Position numbers and translations under genes: made by a program. Under the pieces are notes generated by a model. The model saw nothing but the letters and a program-made list of their open reading frames with translations. It ran no database searches and was not told the origin of the DNA. Shown in pieces: positions 37,430-48,372 of a stretch of 64,000 bases of DNA. Source of the stretch: a virus (lineage: Duplodnaviria > Caudoviricetes); IMG/VR virus record IMGVR_UViG_2721755846_000003, positions 1-64,000 of that record. One strand, given 5' to 3'. Position 1 is the first letter of the stretch, and the number at the start of each line of letters is the position of its first letter.

Positions 37430-38023
37430 ATGCAACAGCGTACGTGCGCCCTGGCGGCCACGGACGGCCCCTGCGGGAAGGTGTACCGCAAGGGCTGGTG
37501 CAGGAAGCACCACGCCCGGTGGGAGCGCACCGGGGACCCGCTCACCATCCGCAAGCGCGGCAAGGGCGCCCTGCTCGCCGAGCTGCACGCCGCCGCCAAG
37601 GCGACGACGGACCAGTGCATCATCCTGACCACGCCCAAGGGCCGCCGCCCAATGGGCCAGGTCGACGGCAAGCTGATGTACGCCTCCCGGTGCGTGTGGG
37701 TCATCGCCAACGGCGACCCCGGCGACCAGCACGTGCTCCACACCTGCCACCGCGGCGAGGAGGGGTGCATCAACATCCGCCACCTGTACCTGGGCGACAA
37801 CGACCGCAACGTCGCGGACATGGTCGAGGCAGGGCGTAGCACCCGCGGAGAGCGCAGCGGCATGCACAAGCTGAAGGCGCATCAGGTGCACGACATCCGG
37901 CGGCGCATCGAGGCCCGCGAGCCGTACGCCAGCATCGCGGCCCGCTACGGCGTGAGCGCCTCCCTCGTCTCCCGGATCCGCAGCGGGAAGGTCTGGGGCT
38001 GGCTCCCAGACGACCAGCAGTAA
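37430..38023 (+). CDS. HNH homing endonuclease 2
   Basis: VLHTC...CINIRHLYLGD...N..DM; paralog of 24924. Confidence 0.88.
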   Translation: MQQRTCALAATDGPCGKVYRKGWCRKHHARWERTGDPLTIRKRGKGALLAELHAAAKATTDQCIILTTPKGRRPMGQVDGKLMYASRCVWVIANGDPGDQHVLHTCHRGEEGCINIRHLYLGDNDRNVADMVEAGRSTRGERSGMHKLKAHQVHDIRRRIEAREPYASIAARYGVSASLVSRIRSGKVWGWLPDDQQ

Positions 38024-38052
38024 CAGCGCGTATGCTTACCTCGCCCCCTGGC

Positions 38053-38089
38053 TATGCTGGGGGGCGAAGTCGCTGGTTTAGGGCCGGGC
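38053..38089 (+). promoter_or_regulatory. Late-gene leader motif L1 (TANNNT-N14-CTGGYTNNGGGCCGG)
   Basis: Further copies at 51479, 53692, 53718, 57977 and 58841. Confidence 0.75.
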
Positions 38090-38118
38090 TATCTCCGAAC
38101 ATATGGAGAAGCCGACCC

Positions 38119-39783
38119 ATGGACTTCGAAATCCCCGAGGACGTCACCGCTCTCGATGACGAGGCCCTGGCCCAGGCCCTGGATGGGGCCCGCGCCGCAT
38201 TCGCCGCCCTGTCCGGGCAGGACGTCATCGACGGCGATGCCATGACCCGCATGCGCGCCCTGGCCGCCTGCGTCGAGGACATCCGCACCGAGCAGACCGC
38301 CCGTGTGGAGGCCGCCACCCAGGCCGCCGCCGAGATCGAGACCCTGGCCGCCCAGGTGCGCGGCGAGCAGGCCAACCCGCAGGTGCCCGCCGCCCCGGAG
38401 GGCCAGGAGCCCGCCGAGCCCGTCGCCGCCACGGAGCAGCCCCCCGCCGCCCCGGCCGCCCCCGTGCAGCCGGCCGGGCAGCCGGAGGCCGAGCGCACCG
38501 CGTCCGCCGTCGCCACCCGGCCCGCCCTCAACCTGCGCGCCGTCCGCCGCGCCCAGCCGCGCGTCCTGCCGGAGGCCCCGCCCCCGGGCACCACCCTCAC
38601 CGCCGCCGTGGACGTCCCCGGCTACACCCCGGGCGCAGACCTCAACTTCGACGACGTGGTCCGCGGCATCAACTCCCGCGCCACCGCCCTCAAGACGGCC
38701 GGCGGCGGCGTGGGCCAGGTCATCAGCTACCACCACCCCTACGGCAGCGACGTCATCGTCACCGACTCCTCGTCGGCGCCCGAGGGCACCACGGTGGCCA
38801 TGACCGCCTCCAGCCAGTCCCGGCTCCCCCAGCAGGACCTGGTGGCCAGCGGCGGCTGGTGCGCCCCGTCCGAGACGCTCTACGAACTCACGGACACCAG
38901 CTGCCCGGACATGCTGTGGGACGCCCCGGAAATCCAGCTCGCGCGCGGTGGCCTGCGCTACTACAAGCCGCTCAGCCTGGACGTGTCGGCGATGACCTGG
39001 GTGCACACCGAGGCGGACGACATCGCTGGCAACACCAAGCCGTGCTTCCGCATCCCCTGCCCGGACCCGGTGGAGGTGCGCTGTGACGCCGTCGGTGTCT
39101 GCCTGGAGGCGGGCATCCTGACCCAGCGTCATTTCCCGGAGCTCATCGCCTGGTACCTGCGCAACGCCATGGTGGCGCACGAGATCCGGCTGCGTCAGGT
39201 TCTCTTCGCCAAGGCCCTGGCCACGGCCACGCCAGTGACCGTGCCTCAGTCCATGGGTGCCCTGTCCGCGGTCTTCGCCGCGGTCGCCCTGCAGAGCGCC
39301 GACATGATCGAGCGTCACAGCCTGTGCGACAGCACGGCCCTGGAGGTCGTGTTTCCGTGGTGGTCGCGGAACCTGTTCCTGGCGGACCTGGCGCGCCGTA
39401 ACGGCTGCTGCCCGTCCGAGGTGTCCTCCCAGGACGTGCAGGACCTGTTCAGCCCGCTGGGCGTGCGCATCCAGTGGGCGCGCGGCCTGGCCCCGGCCGT
39501 CCCCACCGACATCGGCGCCGCCACCCCGGCCGTCGACTGGCCGGCCACGCTCAACTTCCTGATCTACCCGGCCGGCTCTCTGGTCATCGGCCGCGGCGAG
39601 GACGTGAACCTGGGCGTGATTCACGACAGTACGAAGTTCTCCACGAACGACTACACCGCGCTTTTCGCTGAAGAGTGCGTGGCGCTGGTGGACCGCTCCG
39701 TCGACACGCGAGTCGTGACCGTGCCCGTATGCCCCACGGGTGAGACCGGCGGCCAGACCGTCCTGGCCTGCCCGATCGCCTGA
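38119..39783 (+). CDS. Major capsid protein with N-terminal scaffold-like domain
   Basis: Coiled/Pro-rich N-terminus, LVASGGWCAPSE, RGG..Y, G..HDS.....NDY..LF.EE, as in actinophage capsids. Confidence 0.9.
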   Translation: MDFEIPEDVTALDDEALAQALDGARAAFAALSGQDVIDGDAMTRMRALAACVEDIRTEQTARVEAATQAAAEIETLAAQVRGEQANPQVPAAPEGQEPAEPVAATEQPPAAPAAPVQPAGQPEAERTASAVATRPALNLRAVRRAQPRVLPEAPPPGTTLTAAVDVPGYTPGADLNFDDVVRGINSRATALKTAGGGVGQVISYHHPYGSDVIVTDSSSAPEGTTVAMTASSQSRLPQQDLVASGGWCAPSETLYELTDTSCPDMLWDAPEIQLARGGLRYYKPLSLDVSAMTWVHTEADDIAGNTKPCFRIPCPDPVEVRCDAVGVCLEAGILTQRHFPELIAWYLRNAMVAHEIRLRQVLFAKALATATPVTVPQSMGALSAVFAAVALQSADMIERHSLCDSTALEVVFPWWSRNLFLADLARRNGCCPSEVSSQDVQDLFSPLGVRIQWARGLAPAVPTDIGAATPAVDWPATLNFLIYPAGSLVIGRGEDVNLGVIHDSTKFSTNDYTALFAEECVALVDRSVDTRVVTVPVCPTGETGGQTVLACPIA

Positions 39784-39804
39784 CGCCCTCCGGCACCCAC
39801 AGAC

Positions 39805-39849
39805 GCGCGTGCCGGGCCCGTGAACCCTGAGCACAGGCCCGGCACGCGC
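39805..39849 (+). terminator. Hairpin after the capsid gene (terminator/attenuator)
   Basis: GCGCGTGCCGGGCCCGTG...CACAGGCCCGGCACGCGC. Confidence 0.55.
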
Positions 39850-39875
39850 CCTCACACCATGACTGGAGGTGCGTG

Positions 39876-40717
39876 ATGCCTGCTGGACTGCGCCAGACCG
39901 TGCAGGGCATTTCGGGCACGCCGCTCCCGCACGGCATCCTCGGCGCCTCGTGCTCGACCGTCATCGACGTCACCGAGGACAGCATCCACGAACTCAACGG
40001 CGTGGAGTGGCTGGCCATGGGCTGCTGCCCGGCGAGGGACTGGCCGGACCCGTGCGAGGACCCCTACCCGGAGCGCCCACCGAAAAGGAGTTCTGCCGCC
40101 CCGAGACCGAGCACGCCACGCCCATCACCGTGTACGCCGGCGCGGAGTGCTCCGCCCCCGGGTTCTCCTATGAGGAGGCCCGCGCCCAGGCGCTCGCCTC
40201 CCTCGCCCTGGGGGAGCAGCACGCGGTGGAGGCCGGGTTCATGCGAACCAAGCTCACCCAGGACGCCCTGGACATCACCCCGGCAGAGGGCCCGCTGTCC
40301 ATGGCCCAGGGCGTGGCCGCGCTGGAGGGCTGCCTGGCCGAGAACTACGGCGGCGTGGGCACCCTGCACGTCCCCGCCGGCGCCGCGGCGCTGCTCGGCT
40401 GCTGCAACATCCTGCGGGAGGACCCCGCCACCGGCACCCTGCGCACCCTCGTGGGCAACTGCGCCGTCATCGGCGCCGGTTACTCCTACCTCAACCAGGG
40501 CCCGGGCAACATCCCCGCCGACCCCGGGACGGCATGGCTGTACATCACCGGGCCCCTGGTCATCCGTCGGGGCCCGATCGACGTGATCCCGGACCGCGGC
40601 CGCGCCTCCGCCTCCGTGAACATCCGCAACAACGACCGCCGCGTGCTGGCCGAGCGCACCTGGCTGGTGGGCACGACCTGCACCATTTGCGCGGTGAACG
40701 TGAGGGTCTGCGAGTGA
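39876..40717 (+). pseudogene. Capsid-associated protein split by a -1 frame change near 40067
   Basis: RBS/ATG frame reads sensibly to ...DPY, then coding-like sequence continues in the -1 frame (PGAPTEKEFC...). Confidence 0.7.
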
Positions 40718-41367
40718 GTCAGGACATGATCCGAGTCAAGCCCGAGCGGTCCCGGCTGGTGGCGTTCGCGCGGTGGGCGACCGCCCAGACGCCCAAGGTC
40801 GGCACCATCGGCCTGGGGGAGTTCGGCGTCCCTGCCGGCCTGTTCGTCCACACCCCCGAGGACGTGCTGATCGGCGCCCTGGTCGACGGGCACCGGTACG
40901 TGTCCCCGGCGGAGGACGCCGCCCGTGAGGGGCGGCTCCTCAGCTGTGGTCTCTGCTACGTGGAGAACGGCGAGGAGGTACACCCGCACCCCGAGTGCAC
41001 AGCGCACCCCGCTGGGACACAGGAGCTGCTGGGCGTCGCCGACCCGGCCGCGCTCACCCCGCCCGTACCGATGGGCAACCCGGAGGCGGACGCCGCGGCC
41101 ATGGTCGCCGCCACCAGCCCCGAGACGATCCAGGCCGCCATGGACGCCGTCCTGATCGCCACGGACCTGGCTGCCAGCAACGCCGCCGCCGCTGGAGGGG
41201 ACGGCAGCGACCCGAGCGACCCGGGCCCGGACTACGCCCCGCTGGAGGACGCCCCAGCCGGCGACGAGGACGACGGCGACGGGTGGCCGTGCGACCGGTG
41301 CCCGCGGTCCTTCACCACCGAGCGCGGCCGGGACTCCCACCGCCGCCAGGTCCACAGGGAGGACTGA
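40714..41367 (+). CDS. Hypothetical protein with C-terminal C2H2 zinc finger
   Basis: WPCDRCPRSFTTERGRDSHRRQVH. Confidence 0.75.
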   Translation: MSQDMIRVKPERSRLVAFARWATAQTPKVGTIGLGEFGVPAGLFVHTPEDVLIGALVDGHRYVSPAEDAAREGRLLSCGLCYVENGEEVHPHPECTAHPAGTQELLGVADPAALTPPVPMGNPEADAAAMVAATSPETIQAAMDAVLIATDLAASNAAAAGGDGSDPSDPGPDYAPLEDAPAGDEDDGDGWPCDRCPRSFTTERGRDSHRRQVHRED

Positions 41368-41376
41368 CGGATGCGC

Positions 41377-42003
41377 CTACTCCACCCAGGCCCGGCGCTT
41401 GCGGTTCACGATGCGACTGATGCGCGGCTGGCTGACTCCGAACTGGGCCGCGATGACCTTTTGGGGCGTTCCCCCCGCTGCGAGCGTTCGGATCACGGGC
41501 ACGTCGGCGTCCTCGATCTTCAGGTTGGGCTTACTGCGGCTGGCCACGGCTCTGGTCGGCTTGCGCCCCTTGGCCATGCTGTCGTGCAGGTTGGCCGCCG
41601 CGTCTCCCTCCCACAGGCAACCAGAGTTCACGCACGCCGGGTTGTCACACCGGTGGCACGCGAACATGTCGACGCCCAGCGGCCTGCCCAACTTGTCCTC
41701 CAGGACGAGGCGGGTAACGCGGGTCATCCTCCGTTGGATCTTCACGGTGGGGTAGCCGTCCGCGTCGGCCGCGAACCGGCCGTCGTTGATCCTGCACCCC
41801 TCGGCGTTAGGGGGGATGGCGAGCGCTGCGGCGAGCACCTCGGCCCGTGCCCGCTTGGGGACGGACCGGCGCCCGTTCGGGTCCAGTCCGCCGTGACGGT
41901 CCTGCCACGTCGCGCACGGGTGGCACCAGCCGCGTCGCGCAATGCGACGGCTGCACTTCACACCGTCCGCGAATACCACAGGGCAGGTACTAGCGTCGGT
42001 CAC
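41377..42003 (-). CDS. HNH homing endonuclease 3
   Basis: ACHRCDNPACVN..L..G....N..D; C-terminal HTH. Confidence 0.88.
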   Translation of the reverse strand: MTDASTCPVVFADGVKCSRRIARRGWCHPCATWQDRHGGLDPNGRRSVPKRARAEVLAAALAIPPNAEGCRINDGRFAADADGYPTVKIQRRMTRVTRLVLEDKLGRPLGVDMFACHRCDNPACVNSGCLWEGDAAANLHDSMAKGRKPTRAVASRSKPNLKIEDADVPVIRTLAAGGTPQKVIAAQFGVSQPRISRIVNRKRRAWVE

Positions 42004-42107
42004 GTCGACTCCTCATCAGTCGGCCATGCCCCCGGGCGGTGCCAGCCGTCGCGGGGGTCTCTGTATGCCCATTATGAGTGCTTTTGCCGCCAAGGGGGGT
42101 GCCTGTA

Positions 42108-44696
42108 GTGGCAGTTCAGCCTTTGCCGTGTGACGACGGCGGGACCGGCACACCAGGCGCCTGCTCCTGCTCGCCGTCCATCGCCTCCGCCCCGCTGTGT
42201 CGGGCGGACGGCACCACCGTGCTCCTGGTCCTGCGCTCCGGCTGCGTGGCGTGCGGCCAGGCGGCCACGGATCCGGCCGTCGTCGGCTGGATCGACCCGC
42301 TCACCGGGGTGCTCACCCCGGGCGCGGCCCCGCCGGACGCCGGCCCCTGCTCCATGGGCTGCTCCTGCTCGCCGTCCATCGCCACCACACCCCTGTGCCG
42401 GGCAGACGGCACCACCGTGCTCCTGGTGGTGCGCAACGACTGCGCGGACTGCGACACCCCCGCCCCCGACCCCACGGTGGTGGGCTGGCTGGACCCGCTC
42501 ACCGGCGTGTTCACCCCGGGCGCTGCGCCGGCCGACGCCGGGCCGTGTGACCCGGGCTGTGTGGACACCGTCTGTCGGCAGCTCTGCGACGACACCGATG
42601 GCGACGGCCAAGCGGACGCCACCTATTCGGAGCTGTGGTGCATCAAGGCGGACGGCTCCGCCTCCCTCGTCCTCACCTACCAGGACGACCCCTCACAGCC
42701 GTACACGCCCGTGGCACCGGTCGACTGCACGTATGGCTGCCCCGAGACCGAGACCGTCACCCTGTGCGATGCCTCCGGTCCGTTCCTGCGCCGCTTCACC
42801 TGGCTCGCCGGGGTGGGCACGTACGAGGACGTCGCCCTGGACGGCCAGACACCGTACGTCGTCAACGGCACCGTTGGGGTGTGCGCCGGCGACGGCGGCA
42901 CCCCGGGCACGCCGTGCGCCGAGCAGACCACGCCGGCCGCCACGCTCGGCCTGTGCCTGGCGGACGGCACACCGATCGCGGTCATCCTCACCCGCGACTG
43001 CGACGGCACGGTCACCCAGGACGGATGGCTCAACCTCACCACCGGCACCTACAGCACTGGCGCGCCCCCGGCCGGGGCCGCCGCGTGTGGGGACTCCCGC
43101 GCCTTCGAGCTGGCCGGGCTGCTGTGCGACGTCGACCCGGCAACCGGCGACGTCCTCGGCCTGGTCCTCGTCGAGTACGAGTACAACCCGGACGGCAGCC
43201 TCGCCCACGTGCGGCTCGTGGACCCCGGCACCGGCACCACGTACACCCTGCAAGGGGAGCTGCGCTACTGCCCGGCCGGGACCGCCGCGGCGGCCGCCGA
43301 CCTGGACCTCACCGTGCTGTGCGACGTCCAGGCAGACGGCACCGCCGTGCCGTTCGTGCGGGACTACCGGCGCGACCCCACCACCGGCCAGATCAACGGG
43401 CACACGGACTACGGCCTGGACGGCACGCCGTACACCCCGACCGGCACCGCTGGCGTCTGCTCCCCGCAGGCGGAGCCGTGCCGCAACGCCAGCACGCTCC
43501 TGCTGTGCGACCTGCCCACCGACGGGACACCGGCCCCAACCGTCACGGACACCCCCGGCGGGCCGTACTACCCGTACACCACAGGGGTGGCCACCCCGGG
43601 GGCGCAAGCCCTATGGGACGGCGGCCCGCTGAACCTCCCGGCCGCGGCAGGCCCGCAGCCAGGCACGGGGGGCACCGTACGGACCGCTGCGGCGGTCATC
43701 CAGGCCCCGCGGCCCGCCTGTGACGCCGGTACCGCGCACGTCACGGTGCAGGTCGACGTCACCCAGCTTGGCCCCGACGCCGGATGCCGAGCCACCGGGT
43801 TCCTCGGCCTATACAACGGCCCCGGCGACGCCAACCGGGTAGCTCTCGCACTCGCCCCACCCGACACCCCCGTCGGGTGGGCCGGAACGCTGACCGCCGA
43901 GGCCGACGTCCCGGCCGCCGACCTCGCCGCCGGGAACATCGTCGTCGTGGTCGCGTTCGACGCCTACGACGACAGCGGCGCCACCTGCCCACCCCCGCGC
44001 CACACGGCCTGGCAGCTGTCCCAGTTCGACGCCACGGTGGTCTACGACCAGACCGGATGCGCGCCGCAGTTCCTCCGCAGCATCACCACCGACTGCGAGA
44101 CCGGCGCTGTCACCGCCGTCACCGACACCACGCTGGACGGGCAGCCGTACACGGTCACCGGGCAGCCCGGCCAGTGCACAGCAGCCGGGGGCGGTTCCTG
44201 CTGCCCCGAGCAGCCGTGCCCGGCGCAGACCGTCATCGAGGCATGCCGCTGCGACGACACCGACGCGGACGGCCTGCCCGACGTCGGCTATGTGGAGCTG
44301 CTCGCCGTCGACTGCTCCGGGGCCGTCACCAGCCTGGGCACCTACACGGACGGGCTCACCGGCCCGTACACGCCCGTCTCGCCGGTGGACTGCAACGCCC
44401 TGGGCGACGAGGAGGGCGCAGAGCCAACTTTCGGCGCGCAGGCCCACCGGGTGGAGCTCGCCGGCGCTGCCTCCTGGAGCGCCGCGGCGTGGCCGACCCT
44501 CCAGTCAGTGACCGCCGTCGCCCACGGCGGCACCGGCACTATCACCACCGCTGACGGCCCCTCAACCCTGCACCAGGGCGAGGCCGCCACCTGGAGCATC
44601 GCGCGGGACGAGGATGCCCGCCTCACCGGACCGCTCACCATCGCGGCGAGCACCGGCACCGTGACCGTCACCTTCACCACCGGAGTGCAACTGTGA
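42108..44696 (+). CDS. Large Cys-rich modular putative virion surface protein A
   Basis: Repeated LC.ADG, LCDV..DG and CDDTDxDG modules. Confidence 0.8.
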   Translation: MAVQPLPCDDGGTGTPGACSCSPSIASAPLCRADGTTVLLVLRSGCVACGQAATDPAVVGWIDPLTGVLTPGAAPPDAGPCSMGCSCSPSIATTPLCRADGTTVLLVVRNDCADCDTPAPDPTVVGWLDPLTGVFTPGAAPADAGPCDPGCVDTVCRQLCDDTDGDGQADATYSELWCIKADGSASLVLTYQDDPSQPYTPVAPVDCTYGCPETETVTLCDASGPFLRRFTWLAGVGTYEDVALDGQTPYVVNGTVGVCAGDGGTPGTPCAEQTTPAATLGLCLADGTPIAVILTRDCDGTVTQDGWLNLTTGTYSTGAPPAGAAACGDSRAFELAGLLCDVDPATGDVLGLVLVEYEYNPDGSLAHVRLVDPGTGTTYTLQGELRYCPAGTAAAAADLDLTVLCDVQADGTAVPFVRDYRRDPTTGQINGHTDYGLDGTPYTPTGTAGVCSPQAEPCRNASTLLLCDLPTDGTPAPTVTDTPGGPYYPYTTGVATPGAQALWDGGPLNLPAAAGPQPGTGGTVRTAAAVIQAPRPACDAGTAHVTVQVDVTQLGPDAGCRATGFLGLYNGPGDANRVALALAPPDTPVGWAGTLTAEADVPAADLAAGNIVVVVAFDAYDDSGATCPPPRHTAWQLSQFDATVVYDQTGCAPQFLRSITTDCETGAVTAVTDTTLDGQPYTVTGQPGQCTAAGGGSCCPEQPCPAQTVIEACRCDDTDADGLPDVGYVELLAVDCSGAVTSLGTYTDGLTGPYTPVSPVDCNALGDEEGAEPTFGAQAHRVELAGAASWSAAAWPTLQSVTAVAHGGTGTITTADGPSTLHQGEAATWSIARDEDARLTGPLTIAASTGTVTVTFTTGVQL

Positions 44697-47600
44697 GTGG
44701 ATGCTGCGGGCAGGGGCCCGTCATCGTCAGCCAGGCCGCGGCAGCGACCGCCCGCGTGGACGTGGAGCCGCTGCTCCTGTGTGACGTGCTCCCGGACGGC
44801 ACGATCGCCGGCCTCGCACAGGTGGAGTCCGTCTACCACGCGAGCACCGGCGCCCGGCTGACCACGCGCATCGTCAACCCCACCACCGGGGCGACCTACA
44901 CCCCCACCGGTACGCTCGGCCTGTGCTCGCCGCCGGCCAACGAGTGCGCCCGGCAGATCACCCAGGTGACCCGCTGCGACGACACCACCGGCGACGGCAT
45001 CGGCGACACCGAGTATGTCGAGGTGTGGTCGCTGGACCCGTGCGACGGTGGCGCGCCCCAACTGGTGGGTACGTACCTCGCCGGGGACTTCACGAGCCCC
45101 TACACGCCGACCGCGCCCGCCGACTGCCCGACCCAGACGCCGGACACCCCGGTCGTCCTGGGCACCGTCTGCTACGACGACGGCGCTGGCGGCACCGGCA
45201 CGGCGGCCGTCCTCAAGTGCGCCGCCTGCGGGGACCCGGCCGTCACGTACCTCGATCTCGCCACCGGCGCCGTGCTGACCGCGCCGGCCATCGTGCCGTG
45301 CCCGGCCGCCGCGGACCGGACGACGCAACTCCTGTGCGACGTCCAGGCCGACGGCACCTCCTCCCCGTTCCTGCGCGCGTTCACCACCGACGACACCGGC
45401 ACCACCACGGCGGACACGCTCCTCGACGGCACCACGGCCTACACACCGACCGGCACCGTCGGCGTCTGCCTGCCGGTCACCGACTGCGCCTCACCGACCA
45501 CCCCGACCGCCACCATCGGCCTGTGCCTGCCGGACGGGACACCGATCGCCGTCACCGTCGTCCGCGACTGCGACGGCGTGGTCACCTCCGAGGGATGGAT
45601 CAACCTCCAGACCGGCGCCTACAGCGCGGGCGCGCCGCCGGTCGGCACTGTCGCCTGCGGCAGCTCCCAGAGCGTTCAGGTCTCGGGAACGTTCTGCGAC
45701 GTCCTGGCGGACGGCACGGTCGCCGGTCTGGTGCTGATCGAGTACAGCTACGCCGCGGACGGCACGATCGACAGCGTCCGCCTGGTCGACGCCACCACCG
45801 GCGCCACCTACACCCCGACCGGCACCGTCACCACCTGCCCGGCCGGCGTCGAGCAGCCGGAACAGGACGTCGTCCAGCTCTGCGACACGGCCGCCGACGG
45901 CACCGTCACCCCGATGGTCCGCGACTACCGGCGGGACGAGACGGGCGCCATCGTCGGGCACTCCGACTACCTCCTGGACGGCTCCCCCCACACGCCGACC
46001 GGCACCGTGGGGGACTGCCAGCCCGACCCACAGCCGGAGCGAGACCTGGCCGTCCTATGCGACGTCCAGGCGAACGGCAGCGTGATCACGTTCCTGCGCG
46101 ACTACGCCCGGGATGCGGCCGGAACCGTCACCGGCCACGCGGACTATGCCCTCAACGGCTCTGCCCCGTACGCCCCGACCGGCACCGTGGGCGTCTGCCA
46201 GCCGTCGCCCTGCAAGGACTGCGAAACGCTGGTGCTGTGCGACGTGCCCACTGGCGCGCCGGTCACGATCACCGGGACCGCAACGTCCGGCACCCTGTCC
46301 AACGGCGTCGGCTGGACGGCGACGGACGCGGGCAACGGTACGGCGATGCCGGTCAACCAGAGCAACGCTGACGGCTCCTGGTGGGGGCTGCACTCCTTCC
46401 CCCACGCCGTCACCGCGGCGACCCGGTGGACGTTCTCCCGGCCCTCCATCGTGGAGTTCTCGGTCTACGTCCACTACTACGCGGGGAGCCCAGGCATCAG
46501 TTGGGCGCAGCTCCCCACCGGGCTGGAAGTCGTTTACCTGCCGGACGGCTACTCCTACAACTCGGCAACCGGGGTCCTGACCCGCACCGCCGATGGCGTA
46601 CCGCCCGACCCCTGCTCGTATGTGACCACTCCGCAGGTCGCGGGGAGCGCCCGGTTCCGTACCTCTGGCGCCGTCACCTCCGTCACCACCGCACCGGCAC
46701 CGAACAGCCGCGCGGCGGTGTGCGGCACGTTCCTCACCTACTGGGCCGGTGCCGTGTCGGTGCTCCCGGCCGGCCCGTTCCTGCGGCACATCTGCCGCTC
46801 CTGCGACGGCACCCCCACCATCACGGACACCCTCCTCGACGGCACCACCCCCTACACCGTGGCCGGGACCGCCGGGGTGTGCGAGCCGCCCGAGCCGCCC
46901 GAGCCGGAGTCCTGCTGCCAGCCGGCCCAGGTCTGCATCCAGCAGGACCCCACCCAGGAAGTCGAGTTCATCTCCAACGAGGCCCACCTCAACGACAACT
47001 CGGTGGACCCCGTATGGAAGTGGACGCCGGACATCAACGCGGCCAACCCGCCCTGGTACGACATGTACGAGTTCCAGTACTCGGGCGCCTGGTCGGTCAC
47101 CGACTCCGACAGCGCACGCCCGGCCTGGTGGGTCTCCCCGCATCCGAACGGCGCCTCCGCGCAGTCGAGCCCGGCACAGCCGAACGAGGGCCCGTCGCTC
47201 CTCAGCACCCACTGGTTCCCGCGCGCCTACTTCGACCTGCCGGCCAACGCCGACCCCGCCACCATCCAGCTCCAGGCCACAGTGTTCAACGCCGACCAGA
47301 TCGGCCGCGCGTTCCGGCTGAACAACGGTGCCTGGCAGAGCCTCCCGCCCACGGCCACGCACAACGGGACGACGTACACCTTCGGCCCCGCCACCATCCC
47401 GGGCGCGCAGGCCGGCCGGAACTTCCTCTACCTCGACGTCGAGGAAACCGTCGGCGGCGGATCCGGCCTGATGGTGCACCTGAAGGTCACCTATGAGGTC
47501 ATCCCCGAGACTCGCTCCTGGACGCGGATGGTCTGCTGCGACGACACGATCTACTACCTGGACGAGGACGGGCAGCGCCAGGACGCCATCCCGGACGGCT

Positions 47601-48118
47601 GGCACCTGGCGCCCTGCGGCGGAGACGCAGGCAGCAGCACGCCCGCCTGCGCCAAGCAGGTGGTGGAGCGCTGCGGCTGCGACGACACCGACGGCGACGG
47701 CATCGGTGACGTCCAGTACACCGAGCTGTGGGCCGTCGACCCCTGCAACGGCGCCGCCCCGACCCTGCTGGGCGCCTTCCTCGACGGCGACCTCACCCAG
47801 CCGTACACGCCGACCGCGCCGGTCGACTGCACCGCGGCGGAGCTGCTCCCGGGGCCGCTGAGCACCGGCGTACGGGCCGTGACCGGAACCGCGGCGCAAA
47901 ACATCGCGAGCAGCTTCCCCGGCGTCCAGAGCGTCAGCCTCACCGTGCTCGCCGGCGCGGTCAACGCCACCATGTCGGACGGCGCGGCGGTGCCGATCCC
48001 GGCCGGGGTCACGATGACGTGGTCCGTCGCCCAGGACAGCGACACCGCCCTCGCCGTGGCCTCCTTCGCCGGGGCGACCGCGGCAGCGAGCTACCTCCTG
48101 AACTGGACGTACCGCTGA
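44693..48118 (+). CDS. Large Cys-rich modular putative virion surface protein B
   Basis: Same modules as A plus two unique beta-rich, possibly carbohydrate-binding inserts. Confidence 0.8.
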   Translation: MSGCCGQGPVIVSQAAAATARVDVEPLLLCDVLPDGTIAGLAQVESVYHASTGARLTTRIVNPTTGATYTPTGTLGLCSPPANECARQITQVTRCDDTTGDGIGDTEYVEVWSLDPCDGGAPQLVGTYLAGDFTSPYTPTAPADCPTQTPDTPVVLGTVCYDDGAGGTGTAAVLKCAACGDPAVTYLDLATGAVLTAPAIVPCPAAADRTTQLLCDVQADGTSSPFLRAFTTDDTGTTTADTLLDGTTAYTPTGTVGVCLPVTDCASPTTPTATIGLCLPDGTPIAVTVVRDCDGVVTSEGWINLQTGAYSAGAPPVGTVACGSSQSVQVSGTFCDVLADGTVAGLVLIEYSYAADGTIDSVRLVDATTGATYTPTGTVTTCPAGVEQPEQDVVQLCDTAADGTVTPMVRDYRRDETGAIVGHSDYLLDGSPHTPTGTVGDCQPDPQPERDLAVLCDVQANGSVITFLRDYARDAAGTVTGHADYALNGSAPYAPTGTVGVCQPSPCKDCETLVLCDVPTGAPVTITGTATSGTLSNGVGWTATDAGNGTAMPVNQSNADGSWWGLHSFPHAVTAATRWTFSRPSIVEFSVYVHYYAGSPGISWAQLPTGLEVVYLPDGYSYNSATGVLTRTADGVPPDPCSYVTTPQVAGSARFRTSGAVTSVTTAPAPNSRAAVCGTFLTYWAGAVSVLPAGPFLRHICRSCDGTPTITDTLLDGTTPYTVAGTAGVCEPPEPPEPESCCQPAQVCIQQDPTQEVEFISNEAHLNDNSVDPVWKWTPDINAANPPWYDMYEFQYSGAWSVTDSDSARPAWWVSPHPNGASAQSSPAQPNEGPSLLSTHWFPRAYFDLPANADPATIQLQATVFNADQIGRAFRLNNGAWQSLPPTATHNGTTYTFGPATIPGAQAGRNFLYLDVEETVGGGSGLMVHLKVTYEVIPETRSWTRMVCCDDTIYYLDEDGQRQDAIPDGWHLAPCGGDAGSSTPACAKQVVERCGCDDTDGDGIGDVQYTELWAVDPCNGAAPTLLGAFLDGDLTQPYTPTAPVDCTAAELLPGPLSTGVRAVTGTAAQNIASSFPGVQSVSLTVLAGAVNATMSDGAAVPIPAGVTMTWSVAQDSDTALAVASFAGATAAASYLLNWTYR

Positions 48119-48159
48119 TGGCCGCCCCCTTTCCCCAGACCGCCGACCAGGAGGCGCTG

Positions 48160-48372
48160 ATGAGCGACGACACGACCGAGACCACGCCAGGCCCGGCGCC
48201 CGGCCCGCGCTACTTCACGACGGAGGGCGAGGGCGTACAGGTCGTCTACCACCTGACGGACCCGGCGCCGTACTTCGAGCTGGGATACGAGGAGGTCGAC
48301 GAGGCCGCCTATCTCGCGAGCCTGCCGGACCCCTCCGCCTCGCCGCTCCCCACAGCCCCGGACGGTGACTGA
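48160..48372 (+). CDS. Small acidic protein (fibre chaperone-like)
   Basis: AGGAGG RBS; RYF...GYEEVDEAAY, similar to 53451. Confidence 0.6.
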   Translation: MSDDTTETTPGPAPGPRYFTTEGEGVQVVYHLTDPAPYFELGYEEVDEAAYLASLPDPSASPLPTAPDGD

